Of a DNA stretch of 64,000 nt, positions 10,285-22,097 are shown piece after piece. A program made the translations under genes and the position numbers. The notes under the pieces are model-generated. The model saw only the letters and a program-made list of their open reading frames with translations. It did no database searches and had not been told where the DNA came from. How positions within the stretch are numbered: the first letter of the stretch is position 1; the number at the start of each line of letters is the position of its first letter. Origin of the DNA: Schizochytrium sp. TIO01 (taxonomy: Eukaryota > Protista > Bigyra: Labyrinthulomycetes); NCBI GenBank assembly GCA_004764695.1, contig SMSO01000032.1, positions 6,170,483 through 6,234,482 on the forward strand, read 5' to 3'.

Positions 10285-12499
10285 ACACTTGCCGGTGACC
10301 CTTATTCCGTTTCCGCTGCCTGCAAATGAATGTTCATTCATAACAAGCAGCATATGCTTGTGCATAACTTCACATCCTCGCACTAAGACCTGTGACAACA
10401 ATCTTTGCGACGCATGTTCAGTCACGGGCTTCCGTGCACCGCTCCTGTTGTCAAATCGTATGCTCTATTGCATCAATTGCATTGATTCGGGCACCATTAG
10501 CTCCAGCTGCAACAACATAACACAAAGGCGAGCCTGCTTCTGCTTGCATGCCTCCTTTGCATGTCCTCTTACAACTCACACATCTACTAGCCTACTACAT
10601 AATCTACACCACAAAACCCTCATTTTGCGTAATTCTTTCTGTGAATCTGTCCCATTTTCTTTCTTTCCAGTAGTGTATATATATATATATATATACACTT
10701 GTACTTATTACTTCTTTCTACCTTCGATTGATGACAGAAGCTTTGTGCAAATCTTCTAACATGAGTGGACTCAGATGCCACTGCTGCCAACCTTTTGGCT
10801 TGGGTAAAACCTCAAGTAAAAACATACCAGAGACGGATGATTCATGCCACGCTTACTTGTCAGAAGCCATTCCAGCCAGTCCGTTTCCTTGAGTAATCAG
10901 TAATCAAAACATATCAGGCGTAATGAATTCATGCATATTGATGATATCATGGTACTACCAAAGTACTACCACCAACCTTATCTTCAAATCCCCCCCCCTC
11001 CCCCGGACTATTTCGCCTCTTCGTGGCCACCGCTATACCCAGGTCGTCTCATATTCAAGCTTGTTCAGAAAAAAGATGCTTCATCACAAGACTCAGAACA
11101 GAGCTGACTACCTTGGTTCTACGTAAAGAAGCGGAGAGATCTTTACATCCCCAAGAGCTTTCTCACCATTGACAGCATCTATCTTTTCTTGCTCACATGC
11201 TCCTGCGACCCAAAGACTGATGACTTTGGTTTCTTCGAGCGATGCATGGCCGCCCACCACTCAGCGTCAGAGCTTTTCTTTCCGCTCTTCTCCCCTTCCG
11301 CCTTGCCATCCATCCTCCAGATCTCTGCCAAACCTTGTCGATATTCCAGGCAACCTCTGGAGAGTCTCGTCTCTCCCGCCTCTGCTTCATCTCCAGCTCA
11401 ACCCAAAGCCCAGCTTTCCTCGCGCACTTTGTGCCATTACATCTCCCGTTCTCGGCCTCGGCACCCTGCTACGACGAGCTACGCATACTTCGTCTTGCCC
11501 AGAGTCAGTGGAAACCGGCATTCGTTTTTCCAAAAGCGGCGGGAGGGAGGTCGCTCTCAGGTCTGTCTCTGGGCTGGCTTGCTTGCTTGCTTGGCCCAGC
11601 ATCTCGCTCGCCTTGCAGACCTGGACCAAGCCCGTTCGCGCCAAGCTTCGCAATCCACGAGTCCACGGCGATCCGAAACGAATCTCGCGCATGCCGCGTC
11701 CGGCGGTTTTGCAAGTTCCGATGCGCGGTTTACGAGCGACTCTGTGGACTCACACAGCTGGCCGGTCACGCGCGACCGTGACGAGTTCTGTGGATGGATG
11801 TTGTTGTTGTTGTTGTTGTTCTTGTTGTTGTTGGCTGCTTTCAAAACGCGTGCAAGGAAGAAATGATGATCGGCGAAGGATGCGGGGATACAAGGCGAGC
11901 CAAGGCCACCATCGTTGCAGGCTGTCGCCGCCGCCCCGCCACTGCCGTTGAGGCAGGTCTCCGCAGACTGACTGGCCTTGGTTCGTAACTTGAAGAGGAG
12001 GAATGAATGAATGAAGGAAAGAAAACACAATTGGGAACACTTGTAACTATGGGCAGTAGTTTCTTTTTTGCGGGTTAAGGCCACAATTCGACTTGGAATT
12101 CTGGGTGAGAAGAAAAGAAACTGTAGGTAATGCTTGATTGTTTGTTTGCTTAGTTACTTGCTTTTGTGGGCAAGTGACGTCGAGTGAAACGAAATACTTG
12201 AAGGGCTGAGTGCTCTGGAACGGGTTGGTTTGTCGCCAAGCTCCAAGAGTGCATATTCGCGAGCGATGCACGTCATCCACCGCCGTCGAAATCAAGGTTG
12301 ACGTTGTTCCAGACGGCAGCATTTGACTCGTGCGTGGACTCCTTCAGAGGAAGCGATTCGGAGGTCGTCCCAAAGGGCACAAACAATCGGGGCACAAGAA
12401 CCGAAGAACCTCACTCCTTAAACCCTAGAAGAGTGCTCGAACTTGTAGATCGAGTTTGGTATGTTGGGTGGCCAAGAAGCTGTTGTTTTGTTGTTGCTG

Positions 12500-12500
<1 letters not shown>

Positions 12501-12532
<32 letters not shown>
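12501..12532. repeat. (GCT)10 trinucleotide tract within decayed GC-rich sequence
   Basis: Read directly; a (TTG)n tract lies at ~11799-11832. Confidence 0.95.
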
Positions 12533-13666
12533 AGATGGTTTAAGAGCCACCCGCGAACCATCACCATCACCACCACCACCGCAAGGATCGCGAGGGGTGC
12601 TGCCACAACGATGATGGCCACAGCTGTGGACGCCGAAGGTAATCTCAACTGCAGCGGCAGGAAAAGCCAAATCGGGCCTGCGTTGCGGAGCTCGTACAAG
12701 AAGAACTCATTACTCCGGCATTGCAATGTCTTCGCGGATCTGTGTAATTCCTTGGAGGAAGAGGTCATTCCGCCACTTGCGCTGAGAACACTTAGAACGA
12801 TCTCCTCCGCCACCTAGAAAGCGGCACCATCCCCGCCAATGCCGCCGCCAACAGCAGCGACCGCACCCAAATAGATCTAGCCTCCACGCCAAGGTTCGAC
12901 TCTGGACATTGCCGACGATGGGGTGGTTCTTGAGCACGGTTTCTGGGTCACTCTTCTGAAATTACAATATGGCGCAGTAGGTAGGTACTAGGCAAATGCC
13001 TAGGTAGTCGTAAGGACTAGGACGCTAAGCAAAGCTGTCTGCGGAAGGTCTCATTCACAATAGGTACCTACGATTCTGACATGAAAGCAATGCTGCATGC
13101 GATTACCTTTCCTGTTGAAGGCTACGCTACCTTGGCGACGATTGTCTTGATAGTTATATTTCAATCTCTTCAATCCTAATCAAGAAGAAAGGAGAAAGGT
13201 TCTAAAAGAACGCATCTGGGCAACCCAAATTCTGCTTGCCACGATTGCCCAATCAATACTCTACTAGGTACCTTACTTATCTGATCTTGTGCAAGCTGCT
13301 TTGAAAGTCCACCACGGGCGCCATCATAAGTTGCGAACTTCAACATCGAGATGGCTGAGAGAGAATATGAAACCCATAAGTTAGATCCACGTAGGCTACG
13401 CAGAAGCTCTCCTAATGAACGGTCAGCTTTCGATTAGGTATGATAGGATGAAGATATTTATTTATTTCCCGTCTCTTTTCTTGAGATTTTAATGAAGAAA
13501 GAACTTCATTGCATTCATTCGAACAATCAATTCTGATTGAGAAGGAGCGCAAAACTGACTGCGCCCTCTTCGAGAAACACCTTCGAAAAGGGGGTAGGTG
13601 TGCTGTGGTTTCGTCTGTTGTGATACTGTCTCGCGTGGGCAGTTTAGATTAGGGTTAGAAACGCAG

Positions 13667-15283
13667 ATGTCGGCGCGAAGAAGCTTCTTCGGGGCCTCGA
13701 GCATGGCAGCGACCAAGGCTTTGCTCCTGCTCGCAACGCTCCTGCTTTGGGGGTCCGAAAACCATGCGGCGAAGGCCCAAGAAAGCAATGGGGACGGTGA
13801 AAGTTTCGGCAATGAGTGGCCCACCAAAGATGAGATCACATCGCTGCCTGGTTGGGATGGCCCTCTGCCTAGTAAATGGTTCTCTGGATATCTTGATGGA
13901 GGATCCCGAGAGCCAAACATTAAGCTGCACTACCATTATATACTTATACTCAGTGAAAACGATCCTGAGAATGACCCGTTGGTGCTCTGGACCAATGGAG
14001 GACCCGGGGCCTCCTCGCTGTTTGGACTGATGACCGAGCTTGGACCATTCTATCTTTCTGACGAATCTCTGACTCAGGCAGATGGCGATGGTATTCCTAA
14101 ACTTTTCCGTAATAAGGCATCGTGGACTAGCAACGCCAACCTTGTCATCATGAATGGACCACCTCCGGTGTCGTTCTCCTTCTGCGATCCGCCCGGAGTT
14201 GAGGGCGATGGACATGATTGCGGCGGCTCATGGAACGACACTACTTCTGCCGAAGCTAACTACCAGTTCCTAGAAAGCTTTTTCGAGGCATACCCAAAGT
14301 TTCGTGAGCATGATTTTTACCTCACTGGTGAATCCTACGCTGGTATTTATATTCCAAAACTTGTGGAGCAAATTTTAAGCCATCCCAAGGAAGAGTCATA
14401 TTCGCACCGTGCTCTGAAGGGCATTGCTGTAGGTAATGGCTGTATTGGTAAGGACATCATGTGCAGTGAAGCCTCGGGGTCGCACATTCTGCTCAGCGAG
14501 AAATTGTTCCAGGCGGAATACCTCTACGGTCATGGTCAATTTTCACCCAACCTGTACAAGAAGATTATGAAGAACTGTGATCCCAAGGGTGAAGAGACCG
14601 AAACCTGCAAGGAACTGCTCAAAGAAATGGATCGTCAGGTTGGAGGTTACTTTGCCTATAACCTATATGATACATGCTGGGGGGACCAGAGTTTGCCGGT
14701 AATGCATGCGTCGCGAGAGTCTATGGGCAGCCTTCAAGTTCAAGAATCCTTGTCATCGGCTTCAGCAAACCCTGCAGCAGATCTTAATCAGCTGGGCGCA
14801 GCTCTGAATGACTACCCGTGTGGTGGTGGTACTGCGATGGCACTTTGGGTCAAACATGCATCTGTCCGCGAGGCTCTGGGAGTTCCTCTGAAGGCTACCT
14901 TTGTTAGTGGAGATAACTCTGCAGCAATCGACTACGACCTCACAGAGCGAAACCTGATGCCTTTCATGGTCAAGCTTGCCAAGGAAACCGATATTCGTGT
15001 TCTTATCTACAACGGCGATACAGACCCTACCATCAACTCTGTCGCTACCTTCTGGTGGGTCAATGAGCTTGGCCTTAAAGAGGTCACGCCATGGTCACCT
15101 TGGACTCTCGACGGCAAGGGCAAAATGGCCGGTTATGTGACCCGCTACGAGGGTGATTTTGACTATCTCACCATCCGGGGTTCAGGGCACATGGTTCCTG
15201 CTATGAAACCTGATGCTGCTCTTGAAATGCTTACACGCTGGTTACGTAATGAGCCTTGGCGCCCCTACTCTAAATCTGCCTAG
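13667..15283 (+). CDS. serine carboxypeptidase (peptidase S10), secreted or lysosomal
   Basis: Motifs SLPG, FSGYL, WTNGGPGASS, GESYAG (catalytic Ser), YNGDTD (Asp) and GSGHMVP (His). The track start at 13598 is GTG. The first ATG is 13667; ATG 13703 (MAATKALLLLATLLLW) begins a signal-peptide-like segment. Confidence 0.96.
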   Translation: MSARRSFFGASSMAATKALLLLATLLLWGSENHAAKAQESNGDGESFGNEWPTKDEITSLPGWDGPLPSKWFSGYLDGGSREPNIKLHYHYILILSENDPENDPLVLWTNGGPGASSLFGLMTELGPFYLSDESLTQADGDGIPKLFRNKASWTSNANLVIMNGPPPVSFSFCDPPGVEGDGHDCGGSWNDTTSAEANYQFLESFFEAYPKFREHDFYLTGESYAGIYIPKLVEQILSHPKEESYSHRALKGIAVGNGCIGKDIMCSEASGSHILLSEKLFQAEYLYGHGQFSPNLYKKIMKNCDPKGEETETCKELLKEMDRQVGGYFAYNLYDTCWGDQSLPVMHASRESMGSLQVQESLSSASANPAADLNQLGAALNDYPCGGGTAMALWVKHASVREALGVPLKATFVSGDNSAAIDYDLTERNLMPFMVKLAKETDIRVLIYNGDTDPTINSVATFWWVNELGLKEVTPWSPWTLDGKGKMAGYVTRYEGDFDYLTIRGSGHMVPAMKPDAALEMLTRWLRNEPWRPYSKSA

Positions 15284-16550
15284 ACAAATAGCAAGTTCTC
15301 CCTTGTATACCCCTGTCAACAGCTCTACAAACTTCTTCTTCTATAGAGGAATACTAAAAATAATTACTACCGTCAACATTATCATGCTCAATACTACCTT
15401 GTGCACTTCCATATACATATATGTTCATATATTCATATATTCACTCTCGAGTGTTCGTTTGCTCTATTAAAGAAACAGATCGTGGTGCTCAACTACGTAT
15501 TATAAACACAATCTCATCATAAATAAAAGGTTTTGGCTATCCACGCTGAGAGATGGTTTTGCATTGTGGCATGTAGTAGTCAGAGTTTATCAAGCTACTC
15601 TATTAATGCCTGTGAAGAAGTGCTAGCTTTGATATCTAGACATTTCGTATTTGCCAAGAGTGTATCATCAAGAGCCTGTACAAATCGGTTGCTCGGTCAT
15701 GCCGTTCGATTTTGAGCTGTTTTTGGTTCTCAGAGATTATATCAAATACCTTATTTGTTAGATTTGCCGTAGGTCTACACGCCGTGAATGACTCTGCAAA
15801 CAAAAGCTTAATGATACTCTCTCTAGTTGCTTTTGTAATTATTAAAAGGCCGAGAAAACCATGCTGTTGATGTCTTAGTTGGGATGAAGCGGCTTATACT
15901 AGAACACATCAATAAATATTGTCTTTGTGGAGCCTGCCCATAGTAAAAAACCATGTTATAGTTCCTTTTCTAGCATGTCTGCACGGTCTGCACGGCTCAA
16001 CACATTGCCTTGATAGTGACTTGAGTATGCGCACAATCCATTCAATAGATTCATTCCTGTAATTGTAGATTTCTTCAAGAACAGAAGAGAATCGTCAATT
16101 CATTAAAATTTTCGAAGAAGAGCTTCTGAAGCAAAAGGGAACTTGAGCTCAGAATTCAAAAAGAGCGACATATGACACATAGGGAAGAAGAAATGGTTGT
16201 AACTTCAATCAAAGCAGGTTGCCGCCTCGACAGTTTATTCTCCGTTAAATTGCACGTTTACATTGCCTGGTTTTTCCAACCAATATATTGCAACTGCTGC
16301 GTAAAGCTGCTTCAACGAGCGGGTTCTAAGTCTACAATGTTCGTTCTCTGTCATAGTCACATTTATCATCTTATAAGTCCTCCTGTTTTATTTTGACGTG
16401 GGAATAGGTGGTAATTACTTCTACTTGTACAAGTGATGTTCTCTTGTTCTTTATTATAATTATCATTTGTCGCTATTTCCCATATTATTCTAGTTTCGTT
16501 CTCTATTTTATTTTTTAATTAAAAATCATCAACCGTTGCTGGCACATAAT

Positions 16551-16615
16551 AACAGCAACAGCAGCAGTAGTAACAACAGCAACAACAACAACAACAACAT
16601 CAACAAAATCAACAA
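16551..16615. repeat. (AAC/AGC)n trinucleotide tract
   Basis: Read directly from the sequence. Confidence 0.85.
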
Positions 16616-17221
16616 TTGTCATCGCTAGAGGAGCAGACTTGAAGCTGAGTTTGTTGGGATAGAAGTTCTTTGTGCAAGACTGTCTCAAGCGAGGCCATAG
16701 AGGCCTTGCCGTACTTGAAGTCTTGGTTAAAACTCGCGCAAACTGCCAGAACTGCCGAAAAGAAGCGACGGGATCCTCCCAAAATCTACAGGGCATTCAT
16801 TATCTTACCTTGTTCTGCTTCGATTTCGCTTCTGTATGCGCAAGTGACTCGGTCTGCCAGGGACAACAGGAGCAAGATATCATTTCAAACATCACTTGCA
16901 ACAGGGGTTCGTCGGCAACTTTGTGAGAGCATTGGAATTGGTACTATATAGCCTACGCGGTCTCCTCAAATTCTTGCCAAGACTGCTAGAAAGAAATACT
17001 GTGGATCTTTGCGTGTGTTTGTTGGATAACAACAATTGCTCGGCATCTCGTAAGCGGGGCTCTACTTCAAATTTATGTCTTGAGGCATAATACATACCAG
17101 GTGTTGCTTTTGCCACATTCCTTCGTTACGCTCTCTACACTTGAATCGATTTCAAGGACCGTTTTGACATAAAAATTAGCAAAGTGAAGAGCAAGATAGG
17201 CATACTGATACAAGAATCATC

Positions 17222-20200
17222 ATGGCAGCTCCTTCCCCTACATACTCGCGTCGAGGTCTGCGTCTTGAACGTGTGATTGGCATGAGCGCATCCTGTAGAT
17301 CGTGCCTGGCAGTCAACCCAGCAGACGAATCAGAAATCGCGTACCCCGCCGGCTGTGTTGTGGTGCTTTATTGTGCTCGCTTGGAGAAACAGCGTGCCTA
17401 TATGCGCATGGCTAAGCCAGTGTCTTGTCTTGCATACTCGCCAGATGGCAAGTTTTTGGCAGTCGGTGAAAAGGGTCACAACCCTGCCATTACTGTTTGG
17501 GATATTTCAACCCATGTGCGTGTTGCGGAATTGCGGGGCCATCATTTTGGTGTTTCATGCCTTTGTTTCGCACCTAACAGTAAACACCTTGTATCAGTCG
17601 GTGTTGAGCACGACGGCAGCCTTATACTCTGGAATTGGCCAGAAGAACGACCTGAGACACAAATCGACCTCACTGAAAAAGTTTTGGCAGCGCAGTTCAA
17701 CCCAGAGGGTAAATACTTTGTTACTGCAGGTGAAAAACATGTGCGATTTTGGACATTGATCGTTAGCCCAGACAGGTCGAGAAAAGATGGGGTTGACAGA
17801 AGCACTGACAGTGGTGCTGAGGAAAGTACCATTGACAACGAAAGTGCACAGAATGAAAAGGTGACCTTGGAGGAAGGCCGTGCAGGGATTATCCCGAACT
17901 ACAAAGACGCTACATTTACAGACGTTGTCTGCGGCACAGGACAAAGTAGCGGATGTACGTACCTGGTGACGCAATGCGGGTATTTAATTTGCATGGGCTC
18001 AAATAGACTAATGGAGAAATGGGTCCACTTAGAAGCTAAAAGTGCGTACAGCATCTCCTTGAGTAAGGGTAGGTTGTTGTGTGCGTGCTCTAATGGAATC
18101 ATTCGCATATTTGAAGCTGATACTTTTGAGTTCGTTGCAACGCTACCTATTCCACGTGTGTCTGGCAACGTTGCATTGCCTACTGAACAAAATGAAAGCG
18201 ATGAAGACGAGGATAACGAAGAAGCGAATCAGAGCCATGCGGGAGACGTTTTTGGTGCTTGCTGGGCTCGCGAAGGTACTGAGGTAGTAAGCATCTACAG
18301 TGATCGAAGCTTTCATATATGGGACATTTCGGATCCAGAGAAAATCCGTCCAAAGGTTCGCCTTCTTGCGCATCCTACGAGCGTTTCGTGTGTCGCGACA
18401 ATGCGTTCAAGTGTATTCGTAACTTGTGCTGATGATTCTAAACTTCGTTTCTGGCGAGTTGCTGGGTATGCAAAGAAGTTAGCTCGTACTTTACAAGGCC
18501 CACATTGGGGAAACCCCCTAAGCCAAGAGCTTTTGCGTGAAGTTAATCTCGGGTCGGACATTGGCTTTCGCTGTGTTGCTATGTCACCAGATAATCAGCT
18601 TGTAGCGGCAGGTGATCGACGGGGAGGCCTCTTTGTTTATAATTTGGAGACAGACCAGTGCATTTTGGAAGACCTCAAGGCTCATGGTGGAGAGATCCTA
18701 AGCCTTATGTTTTCTCCTCGCATGATGGTCGGAGACGAGGAAACACAAATCGAGAGACAATACCTTGTGACTGGCGGTCGTGATCGGCAAGTGCAACTTT
18801 ATGACGTTACCGACTGTCATGACACCCCACGCCGTGTGCAAACTCTCAAAGACCATTCAGCAGTTGTGACAGCTGTTCGCTTCTCAGTAGATGGCACGAA
18901 ACTATTAAGTACAGGTGGTGATAAAACGATTGTCCTTTCAAGCCTTGAGGTAAACGGCCGATATCGGCGTGTTAAATCTGTCAATGTCCCTTATGGCACT
19001 ATTTACGATATTGACGTTGACGCAAGCAATAAATACTTTTGCACTTCAGGACAGGACAAAAAAATCAACATTTGGTCTCTTGCGAATGGCAAGTCCATTC
19101 GTTCATACAAACCCGAGGGTGATCCAGGTGATTTGACCCGGATTCTTCTTGATCCAGCTGGAATGTACTGTGCCACTGGTTCGCAAGATAAGGCGGTGCG
19201 ATTGCTGGATTTTTATAGTGGAGAGTGCTTGGCAAAGTCTGCTGGTCACAGTGAGCCTATTACTGGACTTGCTTTTAGCGCAGATTGCAAACGCCTTGTC
19301 TCTGTGGCTCATGATGGATGCATTTTCGTCTGGCGGCTGGCTCCTGAAATTACGAGCGCTATCAAAGAACGGAAACGCGAATTAGATCATGAAAGAGCTC
19401 AGGCGCAAATTGCGTCAAAGAAAAAAAGGGCTGGAGGTTCCGTCTCCGCTCCAACCTCGGCTAACTCTGAGCCAGATGCAGACCATACAAAATGCACCCC
19501 TAGCACAAACAAATCTGTTGAGGGTGTCACTGTTGATAACAAGGAAAACAGCACGGCTGAAGCCCCTGTGTCTGCTTCTAATCGTCCTGACCAGAGCCAA
19601 AAAGGCGCTCTAAGCGTGGGATTTTTTGCAAGTGCTCAACTCCCGGCATGGGCCAAAACGGGTGGCGCAGCAGGTGCGCCTGTAAACACTGAAGGCGATA
19701 CTGATCATACTGGTGCATCATGGAACCCAGACGCAACTTCCTCTACAGTATCTGTATCTTCACATGAAGATGAAGCGTCTGCGCAAGGTGCTGTGAGTGA
19801 CGAAGAAGAGCACAAAGATGCAGTTGCTGAGCCACTTAATCGACAGTCCATTCAAGAGGTCGATACTTCAGCTACACCCTCCGAACGTGCCGATGGCGAA
19901 TCCGCAACTACGCCTCCGAGTGCTCGTGCACAGCTTCTTGCTCAAGAACGTCGACAGAGGGGAACATATAGTACGCCACCAGGGTCTCCAGATGAAACAG
20001 TGAAGTCCTTGGCTCAAGAGCGTGCCGCTCTCCGTAGACAAGAAGAGCAACAGGACACGCATGACGCTGTGAAACGAATGCGTGCGCAGCTGAAGACTAT
20101 GGGTATTTTGCAAGCCACGCTCGATCTGAAACAGGCCACTACGTCGCAGACCCCACTGCTTGTACCTGCAAATGCCAAAAACGATGATCGTTCTACTGAG

Positions 20201-21217
20201 AGTCGCATTATTGAGGAATCTATGGATGATGAAATCACCACGACTAAAGATGTAAGTAGTAGAGGGGAAAGTGACAAAACTAGAAGCTCCAACCCTCTGA
20301 AGGCCCTTAGTATCGGTACTTCTCAAGATAGCCTCCATGTACCTGACTCTCTAAATTTGCTAAAACCTAGCACCCCTAGCACGGCCTTTCGAGAGCGTGT
20401 TGAAGCTGAAGAAGCTGTTTACCCGCCCCCTGCTCCTCTTGAACCACCCACGCCATTATCACCGAAAGGACGACAGCCCGAACGTAGCCCAGTGCGGCCT
20501 CATGCGGTTCCGTCGCTTGTTCCTGTACCTGAGGAAGTATTGATTCCTCCTGAATTAGACTCACCGGTAATGGTAGACGTTATAGATCCTAGACACCATG
20601 GCAAGATGGCATGGGGGACAGATGTTAATGGTGTAGCTAAAGGTCGTGCAACTCAAGGTGACGCCAAAAATGGAGGCGGATTAAATGCTGAACCTCCCGC
20701 CACTCATATGTCTGCCGCTTCCGCATACCACGCAGGGACACCGTTGCGATCTGCTGAAGAGGCTCGGAGCGCTTGCGAATTTGCCTTGAACGAAGTACGC
20801 TCTGCTCTGGCTAAAACCGCAGACATTTTCCGCCAGGTTGAGTCTTTGGACGCAAATTTAACAGAATCACTTACGCGCAGTCAAGGAGCAGACGCCTTCA
20901 CATCGACGGTTCTGGAAACCTCACGGTCACATGTGCGGGGTCTCATGTCGGATTTTAAGTCGCAGTTGAATGATATGGTTCTACAGGAGGTCTCGTCAAT
21001 TACTTCTTCACGAGATGGCGGGATGCTCTCTGCTTTTCCAGGAGGAAATGATGAAGGTAACCAATTCAATCGTTCAATGTTCCTGGGCAGTTCATCCTTC
21101 CGGCAAAGCGGAGCAGCGAGTGCTACAAGCGCGACAAGTGCAGACATGTCGGCTATGATGGACAAGTTATCAACCATTTCAAGTTTGCTTGAACAGGTTG
21201 TACGTAAGCAGTCTTGA
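17222..21217 (+). CDS. WD40-repeat protein, WDR62/MAPKBP1 family
   Basis: N-terminal LERVIG...IAYPAGCVVVLY and LAVGEKGH.P...WD are characteristic of WDR62/MAPKBP1. A long WD40 array ends at CKRLVSVAHDGCIFVWRL, followed by a disordered region and a C-terminal helical segment. Confidence 0.93.
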   Translation: MAAPSPTYSRRGLRLERVIGMSASCRSCLAVNPADESEIAYPAGCVVVLYCARLEKQRAYMRMAKPVSCLAYSPDGKFLAVGEKGHNPAITVWDISTHVRVAELRGHHFGVSCLCFAPNSKHLVSVGVEHDGSLILWNWPEERPETQIDLTEKVLAAQFNPEGKYFVTAGEKHVRFWTLIVSPDRSRKDGVDRSTDSGAEESTIDNESAQNEKVTLEEGRAGIIPNYKDATFTDVVCGTGQSSGCTYLVTQCGYLICMGSNRLMEKWVHLEAKSAYSISLSKGRLLCACSNGIIRIFEADTFEFVATLPIPRVSGNVALPTEQNESDEDEDNEEANQSHAGDVFGACWAREGTEVVSIYSDRSFHIWDISDPEKIRPKVRLLAHPTSVSCVATMRSSVFVTCADDSKLRFWRVAGYAKKLARTLQGPHWGNPLSQELLREVNLGSDIGFRCVAMSPDNQLVAAGDRRGGLFVYNLETDQCILEDLKAHGGEILSLMFSPRMMVGDEETQIERQYLVTGGRDRQVQLYDVTDCHDTPRRVQTLKDHSAVVTAVRFSVDGTKLLSTGGDKTIVLSSLEVNGRYRRVKSVNVPYGTIYDIDVDASNKYFCTSGQDKKINIWSLANGKSIRSYKPEGDPGDLTRILLDPAGMYCATGSQDKAVRLLDFYSGECLAKSAGHSEPITGLAFSADCKRLVSVAHDGCIFVWRLAPEITSAIKERKRELDHERAQAQIASKKKRAGGSVSAPTSANSEPDADHTKCTPSTNKSVEGVTVDNKENSTAEAPVSASNRPDQSQKGALSVGFFASAQLPAWAKTGGAAGAPVNTEGDTDHTGASWNPDATSSTVSVSSHEDEASAQGAVSDEEEHKDAVAEPLNRQSIQEVDTSATPSERADGESATTPPSARAQLLAQERRQRGTYSTPPGSPDETVKSLAQERAALRRQEEQQDTHDAVKRMRAQLKTMGILQATLDLKQATTSQTPLLVPANAKNDDRSTESRIIEESMDDEITTTKDVSSRGESDKTRSSNPLKALSIGTSQDSLHVPDSLNLLKPSTPSTAFRERVEAEEAVYPPPAPLEPPTPLSPKGRQPERSPVRPHAVPSLVPVPEEVLIPPELDSPVMVDVIDPRHHGKMAWGTDVNGVAKGRATQGDAKNGGGLNAEPPATHMSAASAYHAGTPLRSAEEARSACEFALNEVRSALAKTADIFRQVESLDANLTESLTRSQGADAFTSTVLETSRSHVRGLMSDFKSQLNDMVLQEVSSITSSRDGGMLSAFPGGNDEGNQFNRSMFLGSSSFRQSGAASATSATSADMSAMMDKLSTISSLLEQVVRKQS

Positions 21218-22097
21218 TAAAACTAGCATATGCTCTATGTTCTGGAGCAAGAACGAAATAGAAACACGAGGTTCTAATTCCTCTGGGTGACGTTCCTCAA
21301 TATAATACTGTGTAGTTTGTTCTTCTTCAACACTCAATGTAGACCTTTGATAAAACGAGGATTGTAGTAAAGACAATTATTTTTAGCGTATTCAATCATG
21401 CAAATCGTCACTCTCTTCAATGCGATCCCTTTTCATAAAAGCTGTGTTGTTTAAATCTAAATATGGTAGAGAAGTGGTCGTCTTTCCTTTTCTTCATTAA
21501 GTCTATTTATTTCTCATTGTAATGAGAATGAAGTGACAAAGCGCGTACCATGTATCTATGAATGCGTTTTATTTTATTTTATTTACAAGGGTGTGTGTGT
21601 ATGTGTGACAATTTCGTTGTTGAGTTTGTTAGCCCGAACTTCTTGCTTCCGCTAAGTGGTGTGGTGTCTCACTTCTACATCGAGGAAGAAAGAAGTAAGT
21701 TTAATATAAGGTTAGTGAATATACAGTAAAACATCAGTAATAATTTCGGAGGCAATGTGAATATATAGTGTAGGAGAGCGGGCCTGCTTCAAAGCAACTT
21801 TGACAATGAGTGCGGGGGGCATTAACGTATTTTAGAGATCGTAATGACGGCCACTATGATAAGTAGCGACTACAATAGAACATTGATTGGGGCTATAATG
21901 GTGGTCATTATTGGGGTTTAGATCATTTGGCAGCAGCTTGATAGATCAAGTTTGAGGCAAACTGCGATTCACACGAGCATATAAGTACTAGGCAAACCAA
22001 ATGAAATATATATGAATGCGGTGTGCGTGTCTAAGAGGGAGTACTAGGGATCTATTAAGACCCCTTGAGGTGCGGGGATTACAATAGCACACTCATT

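Noticed and set aside
9067-10425. 452-aa antisense ORF and other overlapping ORFs on the thiolase
   Set aside because: Shadow ORFs caused by the thiolase's strong codon bias; non-ATG start and no motifs.
11169-11951. 260-, 225- and 179-aa ORFs as real genes
   Set aside because: Overlapping in all frames, no codon bias, compositionally implausible, and crossing microsatellites.
13645-13660. TTAGGGTTAG and other scattered telomere-like words (12420, 29111, 59282)
   Set aside because: Isolated 1-1.5 unit matches with no array; compatible with chance.
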